From positions 40,612,001 to 40,676,000 of the forward strand of contig NC_058368.1 of assembly GCF_018350175.1 (NCBI RefSeq): a DNA stretch of 64,000 bases, read 5' to 3'. The notes under the pieces were generated by a model. That model was not told the origin of the DNA and made no database searches. It saw nothing but the letters and a program-made list of their open reading frames with translations. Position 1 is the stretch's first letter. Every line of letters starts with the position of its first letter. This stretch comes from Felis catus (taxonomy: Eukaryota). The translations under genes and the position numbers were made by a program. This document shows, in pieces, positions 1-14,093 of the stretch.

Positions 1-1763
1 AGAATATCAGCTTATACAAATTTGTTCCATAGAGTTTTAAGTCTCTACTATCCATCCCTTCCTGTGCATCAACCAGTATATACAGTTTTCATACCATTGC
101 TGTTTTCATCAGCAAATATGAATATGGGTCAGTATACCTAAAAAAGCATAATTAATATGTCATCACGTAACTGAAATTAGTTTTACATAAAAGCGATTTC
201 AAGGAGCTCACATATAAATATGTCTGCAAGTCAGACAAAATCTGCTGTAAATATTTCTTGAAATAAACTCCTCTATATTATGTGCGATAATTTGAAAGTA
301 TCTGGTACTATGCAGTTGACTAGATTGACTCTTTGAACGTCTATCACCAAGAAATTAATTGGATGCTGCATAGTTACTCATAGTTTTTATACTTATGTCA
401 TTTAGTCAACCAAAATTACTGGACCACAAAATGAACATTCTAGTTATTTGGGCAGACTCATCTGAATGGAAATGATTATGCATTGATCAAATCAAGTTCT
501 CCAGGGTTTAGTTGTTATGGAATTGAAATGCTTGAACTCACAACATTTTTTGTTGATTTGTTAATTATCTGTCTACCTAGTTTCTGACTAATATAGAATT
601 CACTGACTGAAAATCACTTAAGAAGCAATATTTGTCCACTTTTGTTTGTTTCATTAGACTTTACACTGAAAACCTGAAGATCTGAATATAATATTTCAGG
701 CTGAAGAGACAGAAATGATAGCATCATATATAATAATATTTTTGAAACTTCAAAAGTCAAAATGGGTATTAAGTGCTTTCAACCTATAGTTACATAAGAA
801 TATGTTAGCTTAATTTTAATGCCACTTCTTATTTTTCAAAGTAGCAATACTAGTAGCTCATTTTAAAACATTTACATATATAACTTTTTGAAATTTATTT
901 ATTTGTTACTATGACCATTAAAAAATCCTACACCATATTTAAGGGAATAAAACAGTAATATGTAATTATTCACCTGACGTCTTCTCTCATATTAAAGCTG
1001 AAATAAAACCACATGGCTTACAAAACAATTTTGGTAATTCTATTCACAAGCAAATCACAGAATACAAAATTTTCAAAATAAGCATAATTTGACACACATC
1101 TATAAAACTCCTAGACATGCCTCTTTTCCTTTAGTGGCTTCATTTTATTTTTTAAAACTAATTATATCCTGTTACATTCAAGAAAGAATTTGAGATAAAT
1201 ATCTAAATAACATATATATTGTGAAAAAAGTCCAAAATAAATTTAAAGTTATAATTTTCCAGGGGAAAAAATTCCGGAGGGGAAAAATGTCTGTGGAGAA
1301 ACAAAGTTCCGGGACAAGTGAAAATATACATTTATATATGGAATGTGATTGGGGTTAAAAGAGTTTCACTTTATTCTTGGCACTGAGCTTTCTGGGTGCC
1401 AATCAAAAGAAGAAAACTCAATTACAATTAATTTGAATTTCAAGATTCAGATTACAAATAAAATAAAAAGAAGCAGTTGTTCAGTGGAAACAGTTCCTTT
1501 TTTATTTTATTTTGTTTTCAATAATCAGAAAGAGAAGACGTAATTGAAATATTTATAAAGCATATATCTCTGATAAAATCATCTGTATAATAAAATTAAA
1601 CACAATGTAAGAAAGTTGTCAGGGTTTTTGTTGTTGTTGTTGTTAAGTAGTCACAACCTATCAATATTCCTGACTTAGTAAATGTTCCAAAAGTTTACTG
1701 GCTATATGAATGAATCCACAACTTTCATATGAAAATCCAAGCACACAAGTTGAACAGTTTAGT

Positions 1764-1983
1764 GGGGTGCCTGGCTGGCTCAGTCAGTTTAAGTGTCCAA
1801 CTTTGGCTCAGGTCATGATCTCAAGGATCGTGGGTTTGAGCCCCGAGTCAGGCTCTGTGCTAACAGTTCAGAGCCTGGATACTGCTTTGGATTCTGTGTC
1901 TCCCTCTCTCTCTGTCCCTCCCCTGCTCATATTCTGTGTGTCTCTCTCAAAAATAAATAAAAAATAAAAAATTTCTAAAAAAA
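1764..1983 (+). mobile_element. CanSINE (SINEC_Fc-type)
   Basis: ggggtgcctggctggctcagtcag head, (CT)n body, A tail; TSD gaaca(g/a)tttagt at 1752-1763 / 1984-1995. Confidence 0.93.
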
Positions 1984-2789
1984 GAACAATTTAGTAACAT
2001 TAATTCCTCGAAGAGCTATGGCAGTAGGGTTCAGATATATTTTAAGGTCTAACTATAAAAATTTAAATATCTAACCAATTTAACCATAAAATTTACACCT
2101 GAATGGGAAAAGGAAAGAACATCATCTAACTGTATAGGGAAGATAGCAAATTCCAGTTTTTTTTTCCCTTTGTATATCTAAGGTTGGAGAATTCTTGAAA
2201 TAAGAAACCTAAAGAAAAGCCCAATTATACCAAAATTATTAGAGATTAGACCTCTAAATATTTTCAATTCATTTTCTTAATGTCTTAAAAATCCTTCCAA
2301 AGGTCATATTTTCTAACATATGAGTTTATTGCTATAGGAAGAGAGAAGTCTGAATAATTTGGCAAGGAAAAGAAGACACCATAATGCAACATGGTTTTTA
2401 AATTTGTGAAATAATTAGCATTGGTAGGAACTAACTCGAGAAAACAAAATCAGTGAACTTAGCGTGTCACACATCCTGCCTGAACAAAGGACAAAAGACT
2501 GACAAAAATGAAGCAAAGATTCTATATGTCCCTTTGGACAATTTACGCTGAGCTAGTTTGGTCTCTGTTGCTTTCTCTTCAGCTTTGCTGATCTCAGCTG
2601 TCAACATCTACAGTTGAATAGAACATCAGGTTATATTTAAACTTTAGAACAAGTCGATTTCTGCTTGGGGCCAATTTTCACTGTTTTAAAAGAAGCTATA
2701 AGAATGAGACAACAATGCCATTCTTCCTTGTGTTCATCAGTCAATATTTAAAATATATATCCCCGAATTTCATTATAATTTTTTATAAG

Positions 2790-5700
2790 GTAGAAGTATA
2801 TACATATATTTACATACAAATTTCCAATTGTCCCAGCACCATTTGTTGAAAAGGCAGACCTCTCCTTGTCTTGTTGTCTTTGTTGCTTTGTCAAAGACCA
2901 GTTAGCTCTATTTCTGTGGGACCATTTCTGTACTCTCTGTTCTGTTTCATTGTTCTATTCACCTGTTCTTTAGCCAATAGGATAATGTATTGATTACTGT
3001 AGCTTTATATTAAGTCTTTAAGTTGGTTGGTTTCAGTTCTCCAACTTTGTTCCTCAATATTATGTTGGCTCTTCTGTTTTTGTTTTTTTGTTTTTTTTTT
3101 TTTTTTGTTTTTTGTTTTTTTTTTTTTTTTGCCTTTCCAGTGAACTTGAGAATTTGTTGATACAGTTTGCTGGGAATTTCATTGGGATTGCACTGAGAGT
3201 ACATGTCAAGCTGGTAAGCTCCAGCATCTTAATAATATTGAGGTTTTCTATCTGTGCACATGGAATATCTCCCTTTATTTATATATTCTTTGATTTCTTT
3301 CATCAGAGTTTTGTAATTTTTCTCACAAAATCTTATATATATTTTCTTAGATTTAAACCTGAGTATCATTTTGGGGGTTACAAGTGTCAATGGTGTATTG
3401 TTTTTAATTCAAATTCCAGTTGTTCAATGCTAATATATAGGAAAGCAGTCACCTTTTGGATATTAACTTTTCACCCTAAAATCTTAGTTTATTAGTTCCA
3501 GAAAGTTCTGTTATTACTGTTTTTTATTTTGTGGGGACTTTCTACAAAAATTATCATGTTATCTATGAACAAAGATGGCTTTATTTCTTGCTTGCCAATC
3601 CTATCTTTTATTTTCTTGTTGCATTAGTTACGGTTTCCCATAGATACTAACTAGTGGTGTAAAATGAGCATGATGTTAGCTAAAATATTTTGTAGATGTT
3701 ATCAAGTTGAGAAAGTCCCTCTCTTTCTACTTTTCTGAAGCCTTTGTCATGAATACAAATGAGATTTTGCTAAATGCAATTACTGTGTGAAATGATATGA
3801 CCATATGATTGTTCTTTAGCTTGTGTTATGAGTAACTTTGAAATGTTAAACCAGTCCTTCATAGTTGGAATAAATCCGAATTGATCCAGCTATATAAACC
3901 TTTCTATGCATGGTTGGATTCAATTTGCTAATATTTTGTTGAGAATGTTTGCATCTGTGTTCACAAAGAATATGTCTGTAGTTTTCCTGTCTTATAATAT
4001 CTGTGTCTAGTTTTAGGTAACGCTTGATGCTCATATGAGTTTAGAAGTACTTCCCTCCTATTTTGGGGAGAGAGTATAGAAAATTGGTATAATTTCTCCT
4101 GTAAATGTTTGGTAGAATTCACCAATGAAACCATCTATGCCTGGAGGTTTCTGTTTTGGAAGTTTATTAATTTTTTACTTCATTTTTAAATATATGTAGG
4201 TCAATTCAGGTTACTTAATTCTTTTTGCATGAGTTTTGGAAGGTTATAGCTTTCAAATATATTTATCAACATTTCATCTAAATGATCAGATCTAGTTATA
4301 CAGTTGTTCCTAATGTTCCATTATTTTTATTTATGTCCATAGACGTCTGTAGTAATGACCTCTCTTTTGTTTATATTAGTAACTTATGTCTTCTTTCTTG
4401 TTTTAGTTAGCCTGGTTAGAGGGGTAGATGAATATAATTATTCTTTTCAAGGAAACATCTTTTGGTTTTGTTGATTTTTCTTTGCTGATTTTTTTTCCAA
4501 TACATTTACTTCTCCGGTTTTTTATTATGTATTTTCTTCTGTTACTTTGGATTTAAATCATTCATTTTCTAGTTTCCAAAGGTGAAAGCTTAGACCAGTG
4601 ATTTTAGATCTTTCATCTTTTCTATATGCATATTCAATGCTATAAATTTCCACCAAATACTGCTTTGCTCAGTCCCACAAAATTTGATGCTGTATTTTCG
4701 TTTTTATTTAGTTCAGATTAGATTGTTAATTTCCCTTGAGACTTTTTTATTCTTTGACCCATGTGTTATTTAGGAGTGTGTGATTTAATCTTCCAAGTAT
4801 TTGGGGATTTTAAAGCTATCCTTTTGTTTATTGATTTCTAGCTTAACTTCATTTTGGTCTAAGAGGATGCTTTGTATTATTTCTAGTCTTTTAAATTTGC
4901 TAACGTATGTTTTATGACCCAGAATGCGCTCTATCTACTGTAATAAATGTTCTATGTTAGCTTGAGAAGATATGTATTCTGCTACTGTTGTAAGAAGTAT
5001 TCTGTAAATGTCAATTAGAACCATTTGATTGATGGTTCTGTTAGTTCAACAATATCCTTACTGATTTTTTGCCTGTTGGATCTGTCAGTTTCAGATACAA
5101 GGGTATTCAAGTCTCCAGCTTTAATAGAGTATTTGTCAATTCCTCCTTGAAGTTCTTTCAGTTTTTGCCTCAAATATTTTGATGATCTGTCATTAGGCAT
5201 ATACATATCAAGGATTGTTATGTCTTTCATTTTTTTTGACAATTGACTCCTTCATCATCATGTAGTACTCCTTTTTATCCCTGATTATGTCCTTGTTCTG
5301 AACTCTATTTGTCTGGCATTATAATGAGTATGCCAGCTTTTTTTTCATTTGTGTTTGCATAGTATATTTTTCTCCATTTCTTTACTGCTAATCTATCGGT
5401 GTATTTATACTTAAAGTGTGTTTCTTATAAACAACATAATAGTAGAACCTTTTTTCCCCCATCCCCTCGTATAGACCCTCTCTTTAATTGGTTCATTTAG
5501 ACCACATTGAAAATGATTATTGGTATCATTTGTTTAAAATCTACCATATTTGTAATTATTTTCTATTTATTGACCTCGTCCTAGCTTTTGTTTTTTTTTT
5601 GTTTTTGTTTGTTCTTTATTTTCCTTTACTACTTTTTCTGCCTTTTCTAGTTTTAATTGAGCATTTTATATGATTCAGTTTTCTCTCCTATGTATCAATT

Positions 5701-6140
5701 GCACTTAAATTTCTTCTTATAAATTTTGTTGTCTTAGTCTGCAATATACTTTTACATAGAATCTAAATCCATTTTCAGATAACACTACCACTTTACTGGT
5801 AGTGCAAATACCTTGCAACAAAGTATGTCTTCTTCCTCCTTCCTATACCTTATACATTGCTGTCATTCATTTTACAGATGTACAAACTATAGTCAACAAG
5901 CACACTGTTAGTTTGAACAAACTGTTATCTGTTAGGGAAATTTAGAATAAGAGAATTAAAAATGTTTTATTTTACTTTTATTTATTCTCAAATGCGCTTC
6001 CTATTTTTAAGTAGACCACATTTCTGACCTATGTCATATTCTTTCTCTCCAAAGAACTTCTTTTAACATTTCTCAGAAAGCAGATCCATTGGCAGTAAAT
6101 TCTCTCAATTTTTGTTTGTCTGAGAAAATCTTTTTCTTCA
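2790..6140 (-). mobile_element. Old L1 (L1M-type) ORF2 and upstream region, decayed
   Basis: Collinear similarity to the young L1 ORF2 (tcccagcaccatttgttgaaaag; gggattgca; tttggtagaattcacca). Track ORF 5015-5242 is EN-like (ITILDMYMPN...AGDLNT...DRSNRQKISKDI). Confidence 0.85.
3070..3130. repeat. T-rich (GTn) low-complexity run within old L1
   Basis: Direct observation. Confidence 0.85.
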
Positions 6141-6144
6141 CTTT

Positions 6145-8470
6145 TAAAATACAGTGGAAAGATACGCGTAATGAAATGTACTATTTTAACCACTTCTAAG
6201 TGTGTAATTCAGTACAGTAAGTACATTCACATTGGTTTGCAACCATCACTACTATCCATCCTTAGAAATTTTTCATTATCTTAAACTGTAATTTGTATCC
6301 ATTAAAAAAAATTCCCATTACTTCTCCCTACTCTTAATACAGTGATAACTACTATTCTACTTTCTGACTTTATCAATTGACTATTCTAAGTAATCATATC
6401 AGTGGAATCATGCAATACTTGTTCTTTTATGTCTGTCTTATTTCACTTAGCATATTTTCAAGGTTTATCCATGCTATAGAATGCATCAGAACTCTATTCC
6501 CTCTCGAGGTAGTCTGTTGTATGTATACAATATAATTTGTTTATCCATTCATTTATTTTTTTTTAATTTTTTTTCAATGTTTTTATTTATTTTTGGGACA
6601 GAGAGAGACAAAGCATGAATGGGGGAGGGGCAGAGAGAGAGGGAGACACAGAATCGGAAACAGGCTCCAGTCTCCGAGCCATCAGCCCAGAGCCCGACGC
6701 AGGGCTTGAACTCATGGATCGCGAGATCGTGACCTGGCTGAAGTCGGACGCTTAACCGACTGCGCCACCCAGGCGCCCCCATCCATTCATTTATTGATGG
6801 GCATTTAAGTTGTTCTACCTTGTGGATATTGTTCCACTTTTTGGATTTTGTGAATAATGCTCTTATAAACATTGCTGTACAAATATGCATTCAGTTCCCT
6901 CTTTAATTTCTTTGGGTATATGCTCACAAGTGGAATTCTGGATCATGTGATAATTTTATGTTAATATTATTTTTTTTGAGAAGTCCCCACAGTGTTCTGT
7001 AGAGGCTGAACAATTTTACATTCCCAAGAGCTGTGCATGAGGGATGCCATTCCCCACATCTACACCAACACTTAAAAAATACACTCTTTTTATTATTTAA
7101 AAAAAATTATTATTTATTTTTAAATGATATTTTAAATGTTTTAAATACATTTTCTGTTTTAATTATTTTATTCATCAATTATCAGCATTATTTTTTTAAA
7201 TAACCATTTTGATTTCATAACTATTGTGGTTTTGATTTGCATTTCCAAATGACAGGTGATATTGAGCATCTTTTCGTTTGCTTTCTGTTTGTATATCTTT
7301 TTAAAGAAGTGTGTATTCAAGTTCTTTTCCCATTTTTTAATTGGATTCTTTGCTTTTTGGTGGTTGTTGAATATAGGAATTCTGTAATATGTAATAAATG
7401 TGCAATTATTACCTTATTGGACATATACTTTTCATATACTTTTTCCTATTCTGTGGATTGCATTTCATTCTCTTAATAGTGTTATTTGAGGCAAAAAAAA
7501 TTTTAATAAAAAAATACAATTCACCTATATTTTCTTATCATTTCTGTGTCTTTATGTCATCTCTAAGAAATCACTGCCAAATCAAATGTCCTGAGGCATT
7601 TTTCCTGTTTTCATTTAAGAGTTTTAAAGTTTAAGTCTTAAGTTTTTAGGTCTTTGATCTATTTTTTGTTAATTTTTGTATGTGGTGAAAGTAAGGGTCC
7701 CACTTCCTTTTTTTACTTGTGGGTATCCAGTTTCCCAGCATCAGTTTTGAAAGAGCTGTCTTTTCCTCATTAAATGGTCTTAGCACTCTTGTTGAAAATC
7801 ATTTGATTGCATACACTAGGGTTTACTTCTGGGATGTCTATTCTGTTCTGTTGTTACATGTCTGTTTTAATGCCACTTCCACACTGTTTTGATTACTATA
7901 GCTTTTTAATACATTTTAAAATCAGGAAGTATGAGATCTTCAACTTGATTATCCTTCACAATTCTTTTTGTTATTTGGGATCCTTTGAAATTCCATATAA
8001 ATTTTAGGATGGGTTTTTCTATTTTTGTAAAATTGATCAAAAAATAGGTGTTCATTCTTTAAATGTTTGGTAAAACTCAAGAGTGAAACCATCGGTCCAG
8101 GGTTTTTCTTGCTTAGAAAAGTGTTTTCGATTATTGATTCATGTCCTTATTAATTATAAATCTGTTCAAATTTTTCTATTTCTTTATGATTTGAGTTTTG
8201 TGTTTCTGTGAACTTGTCCACTTCATCTATATTATCGAATTTGTTGGTATACCATTGTTCATAGTACCCTATTATAATAATTTTTATTTCTGTTGAATTG
8301 TCCCCACTTTAATTTCTGATTTTAGTAGTTTGAATATTTTTTTCTAGTTATGCTAGCTAAATATTTACCAATTTTGTCAAACTTTTCAAAGAGCTGATTT
8401 TTATTTCATGGAACTTTATTTACTTCTTTCCAATAGCTTTGAGTTTAGTCTGATCTTTTTTTCTACTTGC
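6145..8470 (-). mobile_element. Old L1 (L1MA/L1MB-type) 3'UTR and ORF2 3' part, with internal deletion
   Basis: Typical 3' end (tacattcacattggtttgcaaccatcactactat; ttatttcacttagcata). ORF2 C-terminal similarity to ~8010, then a jump to a more 5' ORF2 segment. Confidence 0.8.
6558..6780 (-). mobile_element. Young CanSINE (SINEC_Fc)
   Basis: CpGs intact; perfect TSD atccattcatttatt at 6543-6557 / 6781-6795. Confidence 0.96.
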
Positions 8471-8609
8471 TTTTTTTTAAAAAAAATTTTAATGTTTATT
8501 TCTGAGACAGAGAGAGAGCACAGAGCCTGATGCAGGGCTCAAACTTTAACCACAAGACCATAACCTGAGCCAAAGTCAGACATCCAACTGACTGAGCCAC
8601 CCAGGGGCC
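8471..8609 (-). mobile_element. CanSINE with internal deletion
   Basis: Tail and head present; body collapsed at gagagagagcacagagcc. Confidence 0.85.
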
Positions 8610-8622
8610 ACCTCCCTCCCCC

Positions 8623-9899
8623 TTTTTTTCTCATTTTATTAGCCAACTTAAAGGAACAACGCAGAATATAGACAACATTAAAAACATTTATGTACATGTA
8701 GGACAATTCACTTTGAAAAGTATAGTGAATGAATGGTGTGACATAAAAGGAAATAAATATTTGGTCTCTGTCCCTGGTTTCTGATAGAAACCCCCATAGG
8801 AGGTTAGTGATGGGATACTAAAAACATTTTTGGTTCTAATATTTGTTCTTTGACCCTGGTTTCTGATACAGAGGTCCTAAAATCTTTTTAATTTTATGAG
8901 TGATAGGAGTTGTCACAGTATCTTAAATGAAGTACCTAAATGATTTCCTGGGTGTAGTAAGAAAGTCTTTTGTTCTAATGAAGAGACTTTTGGTGGTCTC
9001 CTGAATAGCCTCAGGATGGGGATCAGTCACCAGAATGACCAAGTTATGATTAGAAGCTTAGAACTTTCTTTCAGGCAACCCTCATTCTTCAGGGAGAGGA
9101 GAAAGCTGGAGATTAAATTAATAATTGATCATGTCTATGTGAGGAAGTCTCCATAAAAATCCCTAACCTTCAGGTTGTGAACACATCAAGGTGCTAGAAA
9201 GATGCCATGCCCAGAGAAGGCATGGAAGATGAATCTTTTCCATGCATTCTTGAGTTGTCTCCTTTATCCAGTAAATGTAAGTAAAGTGTTTTCCTGAGTT
9301 CTATAAGCCATTAAAAAAAAAAAAGGAACCTGAGGAGGGGCTTGTGGGGTTAAAGCTGACTGGAGGCCCAGACTTGCAATTGGCATCTGAAGGTGGGGGT
9401 TCTCTTGTGGGACTAAGCCCTTAACCTGTGTGGTCTGATGCTAAGTCAACGTGGATAGTGCCAGAATTGAAGTGAATTGTTTTATCTCAGTTGGTATCTG
9501 CAGAGAAATGGAAAATTACTTGTTTTTGAAAACCCACATACTTGGCATCAGGAGTATTATAAGTAGAGAGATAGCTTTCCTCAGATGGAACTTACTGTAT
9601 GACAAAAATGCTACAAGTACCGTTTAGTGCCATAAATAATAAATGTACTTGTGAAATAATCCTGGCAGTGTCCTTGCTGGCATTGTCCAGAAATATTTAA
9701 CAACTACCAAAATTTATTTACAATTGTTATATATTTTAACTGATAAAATTTGTTTACTGAAGTATTTTGACTTGCATTAATGTTTTACTTCCTCACATTA
9801 TATTAAAAATTCACACACAAATGAAAATAGAAAAACTACCATTATCTGATTTCTAGCCCCTACTTTTATATCTGGAATCATATACTTAGATACCTTTTA
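8623..9899 (-). pseudogene. H3F3A: 5'-truncated processed pseudogene of H3.3A mRNA (3'UTR only), split by an LTR at 8737-9583
   Basis: Reverse complements of 9584-9899 and 8636-8736 match the recalled H3F3A 3'UTR collinearly (aaaaggtatctaagtatatgatt; tttcatttgtgtgtgaatttttaatataa; ttctggacaatgccagca; cattcactatactttt; ttgtcctacatg; tttttaatgttgtct). T-run at 8623-8629 is a possible polyA remnant. Confidence 0.85.
8737..9583 (+). mobile_element. Solo LTR, MER21-like
   Basis: TG...CA ends; near-identical 5-bp TSD aatgg (8732-8736) / gatgg (9584-9588); similar to the reverse complement of the LTR at 40216-41144. Confidence 0.78.
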
Positions 9900-9909
9900 A
9901 TTTTTTCTT

Positions 9910-10745
9910 TGGAGTCAGCTATGATGTAACAGGTAAAAGGAACTGAGGTAAATAAGCCTTTTACATGAGGCTTTATGTTTATCTGGCTGGGAGTTAGACT
10001 GTTTACTGTGTGCTGTGGCCTTATATGTGAATGCCTGGAATTTCTTTCAGTGTCATAGTTTTTGTCTCCACAACTGTCTTTGGGTTTTCTAGAGACTCCT
10101 TCTTAAATAGAATTTGAGTCTTACTGTTCTTTTTAGCTGTCGTGCATTTATACAGGCACCTACTTATGTGCTCATAAGGTGTTGGGGGAGGGCAACTGTT
10201 CTAAGAGTGTATGGTTATGTCACAGTCTTTTAGTGAGCCTGCCTCCGAGCTATGACCTTTCCAGGTGCTATGACTTTTCTAAATGCTTTCCAGCTTTTTC
10301 CCACCTTAGGGTAGATAAGAAGACTAGAGTTATTGCAATTGGGTTTTTCCCTTCCCCAATATCAGATAATTTGGGTGGGGGGAATCTCCAGTTCATTAGG
10401 CTAAACTAAGAGTTTCTTTCAAAACCAGTCTGTAGTTAAGGAGAGCATGATGCTCTGGCCATACTTCAAAACTTACTTTGCTTCTCCCCTTATTGGAAGT
10501 ACAGGGGGATTTTCCCCCCTGATTTTTACCCTGAGAACTTGTTGGGACTCCCAGTGGTATAATCCATGGAAGTGTGGGAACCCCATCTCCAATATTAGAC
10601 TCCCAGTGCTTTTATCTCTCATACTGGTCCACACTGAGCCTCTCAGTTTATCATTTCTATTCCTACCAGGACTGACTGCAGCAGTTAACTCCTGTCCCTT
10701 GGCTTCTGTTGCAAACAGACAGTTCCTATCTGATATAACCATGTA
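9910..10745 (-). mobile_element. Old L1 5'-region fragment
   Basis: Similar to 60900-61760 (actccttcttaaataga / actcctccttaaataga); resembles L1MC/MD-type 5' ends. Confidence 0.5.
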
Positions 10746-10760
10746 AACACCAGTCTGTCT

Positions 10761-10880
10761 GAGGCATCTGGCTGGCTCAGTGGGTAGAGCATGCAACTCT
10801 TGATCTCAGGGGCATGAGTTTGAGCCCCATATTTGGTGTGAAGCCTACTAAAAAATAAAAATAAAAAAATTAATTAATTA
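10761..10880 (+). mobile_element. Short older CanSINE (tRNA-like head plus A tail)
   Basis: ggctggctcagtgggtagagcatgcaactcttgatctcagg; degenerate TSD ending tctgtct. Confidence 0.85.
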
Positions 10881-11029
10881 AAAACCCATCTGTCTCCCTT
10901 TGAAATATCTCTTCTTTTTTTTATCTAAGTTCCTCTTCTAGTAGCAATTCAAAACTGTTTTATTAGCTGTAACTACATAGTGCATTTTATACAATCAAGG
11001 GAATTCCCTTCTAATTATTCTCCCTTTTA

Positions 11030-11520
11030 AAAAAATTAACCAACTCTTTGGGTGCATTTTCTCTTTCAGATAAACTTTGGAACCTGTGAATTTCCATAAA
11101 AAATTCTTTCGGGATGTTAAATGATATTGCATTAAATTTATAGATTAAGCTATAGTATTATTAAAAAATAGATTAAGATTCCCCATACAATAACTCTGTA
11201 TGTTTACATATATATTTCATATATATATAATTTTTCTTCAATAATGTATTATATTGTCTTTTAACTAAGTTCCCTTCTTTTTGTTTTAAAGTGTATTAGA
11301 AGTATTTTCAAAATGTATTTTTTGTTATTGTGAATGGAACCTTTTTTATTACTTTTAATAGCTTATTGCTGCTGTGCAGAAAAAGAATATGTATTGATTT
11401 TCATTTGTTGACATAGTATCTTGTTCCCTTGAGGAACTCTCATGTTACAACTAATCGCTTTCCAGCTGATTGCTTTAGATCCTCTGGTTAGAAAATCCAA
11501 ACTTCTGCAAAAATAATGAA
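11030..11520 (-). mobile_element. Ancient L1 ORF2 fragment
   Basis: gcattaaatttatagattaa; tattgtgaatgg; ttattgctg...; ctgcaaaaataatg follow the L1 RT region antisense. Confidence 0.55.
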
Positions 11521-12627
11521 ATGCCCCTGCTCACCTGCACACAAATACTTCTATGAATTCTGTAGACTCAACCACAGAGGAAGCAGGTTGCTACACTCCA
11601 ATAACTGCTCTGCCAGAGGAAACTGCCTTATACTTCAGTGCATCTCCATTGAAATCTTGGGACCAAAGCAGTAGGCACAATTGGCCATCTGCTTCTGATT
11701 CACAGGTGTTTAATCCATCCTGCCTCATTTCCATGATGATCTTGGCCCATCATGTCTATTATATTTTAAATCCTTCTGTTATTCATCTGTGCTAAAATAC
11801 TATGCCTCTGTGCAGTCAATATCCCAGTATCTGCTCAACTAAACCCTTCTATGAGGCCTATTCTATTTTTTTTTTCATTAGGTCTATTCTATATTATCTG
11901 CTCCATGATTATGAAATGTCCCTACATCCTTGATTAATTTTAGAGCTCATATTCACCTCCCTGTTTTGGTGGAAGGCACCTAGTCCCTAACAAATTCATT
12001 CTCCTGACACATTCTCCAACTCTCAATAAATGAGTTTTATCAAAGACACCTGACTTGAATAGTCTCTAATCTAAATTAGGTTTTTGAGTTTCCCTTACAT
12101 ACACTTCACTGTACTTTTCCCAGTTTGCGATCAACATTAATGATTGTGATTGTGTTTTTCTGTTAAATGACTCACTAGATGAGATGATAAAATCTGAAAT
12201 GACAAGTATCATGTCTGTTACCACATCACTTTGCACACAAAGCCTACACATAAAAATATATTTTATCTTATTTTACCTTACTTTATAATTTATTTCACAT
12301 TCGTTACTAGCATTAAACTTACACTTATTGTGGAAAAAGCCTATTTTTCCTAAATTAATTTAGACAACGATTATAATTTTGGATATCTTCCATTGGTTTG
12401 TCACATTGATTTCTAATATGCACTTTAAATAATCGTGCCCTTAAGTATAGACTAGTTTAATTTGATTCTCAGAAGTAACCATTATTCTGACATTTCATAG
12501 ACAACTCCTTTCTATATTGGTTTTCTCCTTATATTACTTGAGTGCATAACAATGTAGAATAATGCTATGCTTTTGTATTCTAAATAAATAACATAAAGTT
12601 GCTTAGTCTCAATACTCTGAAATAAAA

Positions 12628-13120
12628 CATACCTTCCTTGACTTAAGATGGGGTTATATCCCAATAAAAAGCATTGTAAGTTGAAAATATTGTAAGTCAC
12701 AATGCATTTAATACACCTAACCTACCAAATATCATTTAGCCTTGTCTACCTTAAATGCTCAGAACACTTACTTTAGCTTACAGTTGGACAAAATCATCTA
12801 ACACAAAAGCCTAGTTTCTAATAAAGTGTTGAATATCTCACGTAATTTATGGAATACTGTACCGAAAGTGAAAAATAGAATGGCTGCACAGGTGCAGAAT
12901 GGCTGCTAAGTGTATCAGTTGCTCACCCTGAAGCTTGCTGCCACTGCCCAACATCATGAGAGATATTATAACACCACGTTATGCTGTGGTGTGTGCTAGC
13001 CCAGGAAAAGATCAAAATTCAACATTTGAGGTACAGTTTCTACTGAATACCTTTCACCTTAACAGAATTAGGAGGTTAAAAAAGTCATAAGTTAAACCAT
13101 CCTACATTAGGAACCATTTT
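12628..13120. mobile_element. TcMar-Tigger non-autonomous DNA transposon (MER47/Tigger5-like)
   Basis: ccttgacttaagatggggttatatcccaataaa...ttaatacacctaacctacc...ctcagaacacttac matches the recalled MER47 consensus; decayed terminal inverted repeats. Confidence 0.75.
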
Positions 13121-13644
13121 TAGCCTGAAATTAAAACATATCTTAATTTCTAAAAATGTAGGTAAGCCTAAGTTCTGAAAAATAAGTGGCTTTAAATTAT
13201 TTTTAAATATTGTTTTAAAAAGCTTATAAAAATAACTTATAAAAGATATTGCAAAGTAAATATAAAGTAATAAAAGCAGGAATAAAGTTTATAGGACTAC
13301 AGCACCAGCACTATAGAAATATCAAGGAAAAATTACAAAACTCTAGAGAAATCAGCCGTGATCGTAGACTTAGACGTTTTTAAGAGCTATACTGAGCCTT
13401 ACTATTCTGATTAAAACCTCTTGCTGTATGAATGCTTTTGTAATGACAAACTAAAAACTGCTTAAAAGACTACTTATACTCTTCATTTTCCTTTTGCTCA
13501 CACGTTTTTCCTCAAGCACATTGCTAATTATTTTTTAACTTACTACTTCTTAAAATGCCAACTTCTATTCTGATTTCTTATTTAGAACTGTGTAATCCCT
13601 CCTAAGAGGATTCTCTGCTTTCTCTTTTGCCTCCAATTCTCTAT

Positions 13645-14054
13645 ACATCAATCAAAATGATCCTTTCAAAAAAAATTGTCTAGCCTCCTACTCAGAACCC
13701 ACCAATAATAGCGAGCTACCCATGCATTACAATAATATCTCAAGTGCTTATCATTGTTTGCAGGACTTTGTATTCTGTGGTTATTGAAATTTTTTTTTCC
13801 ATTTTCTATCACTCTACTCTTTGTTTTTCCCATTTCCTGTTTAAAACAGCAATTCCTGGGGAGACTTGGTGCCTCAGCCTGAGTCCAACTCTTTCTTTCA
13901 GCCCAGGTTGTGATCCCAGCCAGGGCCGTTGGATTGAGCCCCACATCTGGCTCAATGCAGAACGTGGAGCCTGCTTGAGATTTTGTCTCTCTCTCTCTCT
14001 CTGTCTCTTTCTCCCCCTCTTCCCCTCTCCCCTTCTCTCTCTTTCTAAAGTAAG

Positions 14055-14093
<39 letters not shown>

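Noticed and set aside
3088..3495. 135-aa hydrophobic ORF
   Set aside because: It is a T-rich run plus the antisense strand of a decayed L1.
10761..10850. tRNA-like sequence
   Set aside because: It is a SINE head with an A tail and TSD, not a complete cloverleaf tRNA gene.
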